NCBI GenBank assembly: GCA_963829575.1
Contig: CAWHJF010000021.1
Location: 160,767 to 224,766 of the forward strand
Source: an uncultured Sporolactobacillaceae bacterium
GTDB taxonomy: Bacteria > Bacillota > Bacilli > Bacillales > Sporolactobacillaceae
Length of the DNA: 64,000 bases
Direction: 5' to 3'
Part shown: one piece after another, positions 58,414 through 64,000 of the stretch
Layout of the letters: each line of letters starts with the position of its first letter
How positions within the stretch are numbered: position 1 is the stretch's first letter
Translations under genes and position numbers: made by a program
The notes under the pieces: model-generated
Databases searched by the model: none
The model's input: only the letters and a program-made list of their open reading frames with translations
Told to the model about the DNA's origin: nothing

Positions 58414-59026
58414 ATAATTGTGGACTCGACAATCCGCAATTAGCTTGTTTAATGCTCTCGCTCGGGTGTTGCGTCCACCACGATCCGCTATTCCCTTCAA
58501 ATCGATCTCAATTATTAGGAAAAATGCCAATTAGCGGATCCAGATGTCCCTTCTCTTTCGCAAACTAGTCTGATCAGGACGATAAAGGATCCTCGTGGCC
58601 CCTTTTCTAATTTGTGGACTCGACAATCCTCTATTTGCTTGTGCCACGCTCTCACTCGGGTGTTACGTCCACCACGATCCGCTATTCCCTTCAAATCGAT
58701 CTCAATTATTAGGAAAAATGCCAATTAGCGGATCCAGATGTCCCTTTTCTTTCGCAAACCAGTCTGATCAGGACGATAAAGGATCCTCGTGGCCCCTTTT
58801 TTAATTTGTGGACTCGACAATCCTCTATTTGCTTGTGCCACGCTTTCGCTCGGGTGTTGCGTCCACCACGATCCGCTATTCCCTTCAAATCGATCTCGAT
58901 TATTAGGAAAAATGCCAATTAGCGGATCCAGATGTCCCTTTTCTTTCGCAAACCAGTCTGATCAGGACGATAAAGGATCCTCGTGGCCCCTTTTTTAATT
59001 TGTGGACTCGACAATCCTCTATTTGT
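58414..59026. repeat. Tandem array A2: about 3.2 units of exactly 194 bp, related to array A1
   Basis: GTGGACTCGAC recurs at 58420, 58614, 58808 and 59002 (a spacing of 194 each). The array begins and ends in the same block. It shares ordered conserved blocks with A1. Confidence 0.95.
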
Positions 59027-59171
59027 TCGATTCAGGGACGCTAACCTCATTCCTTGCTCTACCGTTTGAAACAGCCCCTATACATTCTACAGGAAATTCA
59101 GTTCGTCATTGATGCTGAGCCGTAACAGCTACTTTTAAGGTATTAACTGTAAAAAATGATGGATAAGTGTT

Positions 59172-60527
59172 TTAGATAATGTTAATTTTTTGCCCTGGGA
59201 AAATATAGGGAGAAGATAGGTTGTTGGCTTTCATCAATTTTTTAGTATTGGTGTCATTCAAGAGGGCAATATCCCATAAGGTATCCCCTTTTTTCACCGT
59301 ATACGAAAGTGTTTTCGGAGCTTTGACCGACGCCATTTTCACTTGGCTGTCTGTTGATGGTACACGTGTTTGACTTGTTTTTAGCTTTTGACCCGGGTAA
59401 ATGATATAAGATGTCAGATGATTAAGAGACATCAAATTGGATAAAGAAACGCCTTCTGTATGCGCAATCGCGGATAGCGTGTCCCCTTTTTTCACCGTAT
59501 AAGTTGTCGTCGTAGCGGTTGTTTGGGTTGACAATATGGTTGCCGGTGCAGATGGGGCTGAACTCTTTTGGGCGACTGGTGTTGGTTTGGCCGATGACGT
59601 TGAATTTCTAAGTGATAACGAGTGACCCGGGAAAATTAAATCACTTCCCAGTTGATTAAGCGATTTTAATTGAGCAACAGTCAGGTTAAATTTCTGACCT
59701 ATTTTTGACAACGTATCACCAGAAACAACCGTGTATGTAGATGGTGATACGTTTTGTGTTGGGACGGGCTGGACGGCTGCTTTAGAAGTCGAACTCTTAG
59801 TGGTTTGAGTTGTCGTTACCGTTTGAAGACGAACCTTTATTTGTTCACCCGGAAAAATGATGTCCGCGGTCAATTTATTTATCGTTTTGAGCTCAGCCAC
59901 TGAAATGCCATATTTTTGACTAATTAACCAAAGCGAATCACCCGATTGAACCGTATGAACGGCCGAACTCGACACATTGGAGGATGGATTGGAAGTCGTT
60001 GTGGGTGTGGCATTTGGAATCGGTGTGACCTGAGTTGTTGGATTTGCAGATTGGACGATTTGCTCAAGAGAGATCGGTGTATTTAGGACTCGTCTTGCTG
60101 TCACATAACGCGACGTCCAATAAGAGCTGTTCATATTGGTGATTTTAACACCTGAGAGAATGGCATTTAGCATTTGGTTGTTCCCTATATAAATCCCCAC
60201 ATGATCAATAACGCCATTAAAACTCGTATCAAAGAAGACAAGATCCCCAACTTGTAAGTCGGCTTTTTGAACTGCAGTCCCGACTTTTGCTTGATCAGCT
60301 GCTACTCTTGGAAGAATTATGCCATTTTGCTTAAAAACAGTCGCAGTAAAAGAAGAGCAGTCAAATTCGTTAAGGTTCCCGACCAAGGCACCATAGACAT
60401 ACGGCTTACCTATGTATTGTTCTCCCGTTTGAACAATATCGGTCGAACTTGCAGCCAACGCGCTAGAATGGGCTGTTAAAACGATTCCCCCTGCCAGAAC
60501 AATCGGCGCAATAGCAAATTTCTTCAT
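59172..60527 (-). CDS. NlpC/P60 peptidoglycan endopeptidase with four C-terminal LysM domains
   Basis: It has a signal peptide, the catalytic region FDCSSFTATVF...VIDHVGIYIG, and then four LysM repeats (VQSGDSLWLIS, VVSGDTLSKIG, VKKGDTLSAIA, VKKGDTLWDIA). ATG 60527 follows GGGAGG. Confidence 0.88.
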   Translation of the reverse strand: MKKFAIAPIVLAGGIVLTAHSSALAASSTDIVQTGEQYIGKPYVYGALVGNLNEFDCSSFTATVFKQNGIILPRVAADQAKVGTAVQKADLQVGDLVFFDTSFNGVIDHVGIYIGNNQMLNAILSGVKITNMNSSYWTSRYVTARRVLNTPISLEQIVQSANPTTQVTPIPNATPTTTSNPSSNVSSSAVHTVQSGDSLWLISQKYGISVAELKTINKLTADIIFPGEQIKVRLQTVTTTQTTKSSTSKAAVQPVPTQNVSPSTYTVVSGDTLSKIGQKFNLTVAQLKSLNQLGSDLIFPGHSLSLRNSTSSAKPTPVAQKSSAPSAPATILSTQTTATTTTYTVKKGDTLSAIAHTEGVSLSNLMSLNHLTSYIIYPGQKLKTSQTRVPSTDSQVKMASVKAPKTLSYTVKKGDTLWDIALLNDTNTKKLMKANNLSSPYIFPGQKINII

Positions 60528-60736
60528 TAGGATGAAACCTCCCTTTTTTACAAGCAACAGAATGTTCAGTAGTAGAGTGCTAGAATTGTAGAAAGGACAG
60601 ACTAAGACTTATAAGAAATTTACCATATTTTGCAGAATAAAGGGAGTTTTTTAATGAAAATGTCAAAACTTAATAAAGAACGTTTCGATTTTTCATTAAA
60701 TAAAAAGAAGCCCAGTTAATCACATATTAATCCGGA

Positions 60737-61354
60737 TTAACTGGGCTTTATATAGGCCAATGCTTTTCGATAATCCGCGTCTGTGTCGACATCAAAAAAG
60801 AGCTTTGGATCCTCACCTCTAATAAAATGGCCTCTATGTCTATTATTAATAAAGACGCTTCTCGCTCCCTGATCGCCATTTAATTGGAGCAAGTGAGAAA
60901 AGAAATGCTGTGAAAAAATAGCTGGCGGACATGGATGGTCATTAAACAAAGAAGCCACAAACTCTGCGTCGCCTTTTTCAAACTCATCGATTAAACGATT
61001 CATCCACTCTAACGTGACAAAAGGCTGATCGGCAAGTACAATCATGACGGCCCGGGCACCATCACAGACGGCTTGCTCCACCCCTATTTTGATCGATTCG
61101 GACTGACCTTTTGCTGAATGGGCAACACTCAGTATATGATCACAGTCAATTTGGGAAGTGACCCATTTAGATCTACCTTCCATTGGACACAGAACATAGA
61201 TCGACTCTAACCGGGATTGACACGCGGCCGCCAAGGCTTTCTTTCCCAATGCCTCTTCTTCTAATGGGAGAAAGAGTTTATTCCGATCCTCTCCCATTCG
61301 TCGACTATTGCCTGCAGCAAGATAAAGCCCTATGATTCCTTTATTCTTGATAAT
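60737..61354 (-). CDS. MobA/MocA-like nucleotidyltransferase (molybdenum cofactor cytidylyltransferase-like)
   Basis: The track ORF starts at MGEDRNKLFLPL. In-frame homology (GIIGLYLAAGNSRRMGED, the NTP-binding loop) extends upstream to the stop of the preceding gene, with only ATT/ATC/ATA available as start codons. Confidence 0.65.
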   Translation of the reverse strand: MIKNKGIIGLYLAAGNSRRMGEDRNKLFLPLEEEALGKKALAAACQSRLESIYVLCPMEGRSKWVTSQIDCDHILSVAHSAKGQSESIKIGVEQAVCDGARAVMIVLADQPFVTLEWMNRLIDEFEKGDAEFVASLFNDHPCPPAIFSQHFFSHLLQLNGDQGARSVFINNRHRGHFIRGEDPKLFFDVDTDADYRKALAYIKPS

Positions 61355-61357
61355 GCC

Positions 61358-61831
61358 TCACCCCTGCTTCTTATCCTGATTGAGAACGGCATGAACCGCC
61401 TCTTTAATTTCCTGATAACTAGTACAGCGGCAAATGTTCGACTCGAGCCAATTTTGAATATCTGCTTCAGTGGCATCTGGACGTGACGTAACTAAAGCAT
61501 GGGCATTTATGATAAATCCTGAAGTGCAATACCCGCACTGAAAACCCCAGTTTTCAACAAACGCCTTCTGGATTGGGACACCATTCAACCCTTCAATGGA
61601 AGTGATGTCATAATCGGTTGCTTCAATCGCAAGCATGAGACAAGACTTCATGGGCTCGCCGTCGACTAAGACCGTACAAGCGCCGCAGTCACCATTCAAA
61701 CAACCAGGTTTAGCCCCGGTGAGATCAAGCTCCGTTCGCAAAACATCCAACAGTGTTTGAACAGGTCTGGCCAACACGACATGTTTCTCTTGGTTCACAT
61801 TTAAGGTCATAGCATATTTATAAACGGCCAA
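61358..61831 (-). CDS. [2Fe-2S]-binding small subunit of a molybdenum hydroxylase (CoxS/XdhC-type)
   Basis: Both cluster motifs are present: CLNGDCGACTV and CGYCTSG...CRCTSY. Confidence 0.9.
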   Translation of the reverse strand: MAVYKYAMTLNVNQEKHVVLARPVQTLLDVLRTELDLTGAKPGCLNGDCGACTVLVDGEPMKSCLMLAIEATDYDITSIEGLNGVPIQKAFVENWGFQCGYCTSGFIINAHALVTSRPDATEADIQNWLESNICRCTSYQEIKEAVHAVLNQDKKQG

Positions 61832-62665
61832 TTATAGTCCCTCCCAAGCTGAAAAACACTCAAACACGAGCTGTTTTAATTTAAATAGTCGATACTCCGA
61901 CGATCCTTCAATATCCGTTAAAATATCTTGAGGTAAAGCGCGTCGAGCCTCCAACCAACGTTCTTCCAAACTTTTAGATGGATCATTTAATAGGGGTTCA
62001 AGTTGAAACGCACGAAACGGGTAAGGGGTTAGACCACTGATTGCAAGTCGAATCGCCCCTTCTATTTTAAGGGCCGCAAGCGTCACAAGTGGATAGCCAA
62101 CATTCCCTTGTTTCCTCACTTTTTTACTATAGAAAGGCAGCGAGGTAATCGATTTATCTAGAATAAATTGAACGAGACATTCACTAGTCTCAAGTTTCAT
62201 CTCCTTTTTAAAAACATGATGAATCGACGCCCTTCTTAATCCGGTTGGACCAGCTAATACGAGCTCGCAATCAGATAATAAAAAAGGTAGCACCGCCTCA
62301 CGGTAAAAAATTGCCCCGCAAACATTTCCCCCAATGGTGATTTTATTTCGTGCAGTGCGGTCGGCCACTTCATTCGCTGTGACACTTAGTAATGGGAACA
62401 GGTCTGATTCGATGCAACGAGTCAACGTCTGGGATGCACCAATGACGAGGTGGTGATGCTTTCTATCTAAAATCTGTGTTTCAGGGATGTGCTTAAGATC
62501 AATCACGGCATCTGTGTATACTTGTTTAATCCGACCCAAAGTGATGATTTCGGTTCCACCTGAATAATACATTGGTTGTTTTCCCTTGTTGCGCAAAGAA
62601 TCATGTAGTTGAACCGCTTCCTGCAACGAATTGGGTTTATAATAATCAAAATCAAATGGAATCAT
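61832..62665 (-). CDS. FAD-binding medium subunit of a molybdenum hydroxylase (CoxM/XdhB-type)
   Basis: It has an FAD_binding_5-like N-terminus (YYKPNSLQEAVQL...YYSGGTEI). ATG 62665 overlaps the TGA of the large-subunit gene (ATGA). Confidence 0.85.
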   Translation of the reverse strand: MIPFDFDYYKPNSLQEAVQLHDSLRNKGKQPMYYSGGTEIITLGRIKQVYTDAVIDLKHIPETQILDRKHHHLVIGASQTLTRCIESDLFPLLSVTANEVADRTARNKITIGGNVCGAIFYREAVLPFLLSDCELVLAGPTGLRRASIHHVFKKEMKLETSECLVQFILDKSITSLPFYSKKVRKQGNVGYPLVTLAALKIEGAIRLAISGLTPYPFRAFQLEPLLNDPSKSLEERWLEARRALPQDILTDIEGSSEYRLFKLKQLVFECFSAWEGL

Positions 62666-64000
62666 TTGGAATCCCTCATTCGTATTCGCCATATGGATTC
62701 AGGAACAAGTGGAAGATGAGTCAGTTCAACTTGAGCGGCTAATGAGAGAGCATTTGCTAAAGCAGCTGGCATTCCAATTACGCCATGTTCGCCAATTCCT
62801 CTTGCCCCAAAAGCCGACTCTTCATCTGGGGTCTCTTCAAACTCAACTGAATAGTCCGGTTGTTCTCCATATCGAAAGAGTCGGTAAGTTCGAAGTTGTG
62901 GATTAAGGACGAGTCCTTGACTATTGTAGATAAACCCTTCTGAACTCGCGAAACTTAACCCCATCGACATTCCGCCCATGACTTGTGCGAGTGCCCCTTT
63001 ATAATTTAATACTTTACCTGCATCGATCACTGTCGCGGCCTTAAGTAGCTTATAACTTCCATCACGAAGGTCTAATTCGACTTCCACAGCTTGTGCACCG
63101 ACTGTCCACTGTGGACCTGGGGTTCCTTTTCCAGTTTCTTTTTCTAACGTCGTTAAATGTTTTAATATGTAGTTCCCGCGACCAATGACCTGCCCACCGA
63201 TGGCATTTCCATTTGGAAACGTGTAGCCATACGCAATGTCCTTGATGGGGACAGATAAGGTTGGATGACCTTTTACAAAAATATGCCCTGATTCAAGTTC
63301 AAGATCACTTTTTTCGACTCTTAACACAAATTGAGCGATCTCAAACAACTGATCAATGGCGTCATCGGCTGCTTTAAGTACCGCCCTTCCAGCCATATGT
63401 GTGGCTTCACTGGCTACCGTTTTCCAATGCTCAGGGCTTAAATCAGTCACAACTTCCATATGGACATGAACCTGACTTGTATCCATTTTTAACCGTTCAG
63501 CTAACATTTGGGCAAGTACCGTTTTGGTCCCCGTTCCAATCTCAACGACCCCACAATTCAAATTCACAGTTCCATCTTGATTAAAAAGGATGACCGCACC
63601 TGATGGCGCATTCGTCTCGATATTGGAGGTTTTCCAAAAACAACCTAATCCTTTAGCCCTTACGGTGTAGGCATTGACCTGTTTGATTTGCCCATCTTGA
63701 TCCCAGCGAATCATCTCTCTTAACCGTTGCATACATTTCTGGAAATTCCCAATGTTGCTTCTGGTAAGTAGTGCTTCAGTAGGTGTGGTTTGACCGGGAT
63801 GAATGGCATTCTTAACTCTTAACTCCAAAGGATCAAGATTCAATTTCTTGGCGAGTTGGTCCATCGCTCGTTCAACGGCAAAGGTCAATTCGGTGTGACT
63901 AAAGCCTCGAAAAGCCGTGGCATACGTATGGTTAGTGTACATGCAAAAGGAATCACACCAGACATTAGGCACAAAATAAGGGCCCGTGCAATCAATAGCG
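62662..64000 (-). CDS. Molybdopterin-binding large subunit (CoxL/XdhA-type). Only the C-terminal part is present; the 5' end lies beyond the window.
   Basis: The frame is open to the window edge. It carries aldehyde-oxidase/xanthine-dehydrogenase C-terminal motifs (FGARGIGEHGVIGMPAALANA). Confidence 0.85.
   Translation of the reverse strand, partial: AIDCTGPYFVPNVWCDSFCMYTNHTYATAFRGFSHTELTFAVERAMDQLAKKLNLDPLELRVKNAIHPGQTTPTEALLTRSNIGNFQKCMQRLREMIRWDQDGQIKQVNAYTVRAKGLGCFWKTSNIETNAPSGAVILFNQDGTVNLNCGVVEIGTGTKTVLAQMLAERLKMDTSQVHVHMEVVTDLSPEHWKTVASEATHMAGRAVLKAADDAIDQLFEIAQFVLRVEKSDLELESGHIFVKGHPTLSVPIKDIAYGYTFPNGNAIGGQVIGRGNYILKHLTTLEKETGKGTPGPQWTVGAQAVEVELDLRDGSYKLLKAATVIDAGKVLNYKGALAQVMGGMSMGLSFASSEGFIYNSQGLVLNPQLRTYRLFRYGEQPDYSVEFEETPDEESAFGARGIGEHGVIGMPAALANALSLAAQVELTHLPLVPESIWRIRMRDSK

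Noticed and set aside
58515-58998. 69-aa ORFs on both strands of array A2
   Set aside because: Same reasoning as for A1. ORFs appear on both strands with the repeat period, which is typical of non-coding tandem DNA.

Overview
The window is a chromosomal segment of a Bacillaceae-type Firmicute. The block ypsC - rnpB (RNase P RNA) - gpsB - ypsA - yprB/mrfB - yprA/mrfA matches the gene order I remember from Bacillus subtilis. des-desK-desR and a staphylococcal-type arsR-arsB-arsC operon are also present.

Gene content by region:
- 0-21 kb: a TetR/isochorismatase-family/MFS unit, then a LysM-rich peptidoglycan-hydrolase cluster (GH18 and amidase_2 enzymes), then the core synteny block above.
- 21.5-44.3 kb: a yyaL-like thioredoxin-domain (DUF255) gene followed by three visibly AT-rich accessory islands. 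Each island is bounded by a further partial copy of the yyaL 5' end. The islands carry an Abi_2 abortive-infection cassette, an XRE regulator, a retropepsin-like module, a GH18/GatD/MurT cell-wall set, an FtsX-type ABC exporter with a two-component system, and oxidoreductases.
- 44.9-64 kb: a histidine kinase, a larE-like gene, aldo/keto reductases, ars, des-desKR, a cotJA/gad remnant, a FUSC-family protein, an NlpC/P60-LysM hydrolase, and a molybdenum hydroxylase (Cox/Xdh-type) operon that runs off the end of the window.

Most unusual observations:
1. Two separate, related tandem arrays have exactly the same 194-bp period (3511-4972, about 7.5 units; 58414-59026, about 3.2 units). They share ordered conserved sequence blocks and have no coding potential.
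2. A stop-containing 18-nt insert (20 nt in a diverged copy) sits at the same codon of three yyaL 5' copies, just before the CHWCH motif. It is flanked by matched Ser codons. This could be translational bypassing, a recombination-site scar, or plain gene decay.
3. Islands appear to have accreted serially at the yyaL 5' end, with no recombinase gene left.
4. Many genes carry small frameshifts, several at short homopolymers. This is either genuine decay or assembly indel error, so every pseudogene call here needs read-level confirmation.

Nothing here was checked against a database. All family assignments come from motifs I read in the translations.
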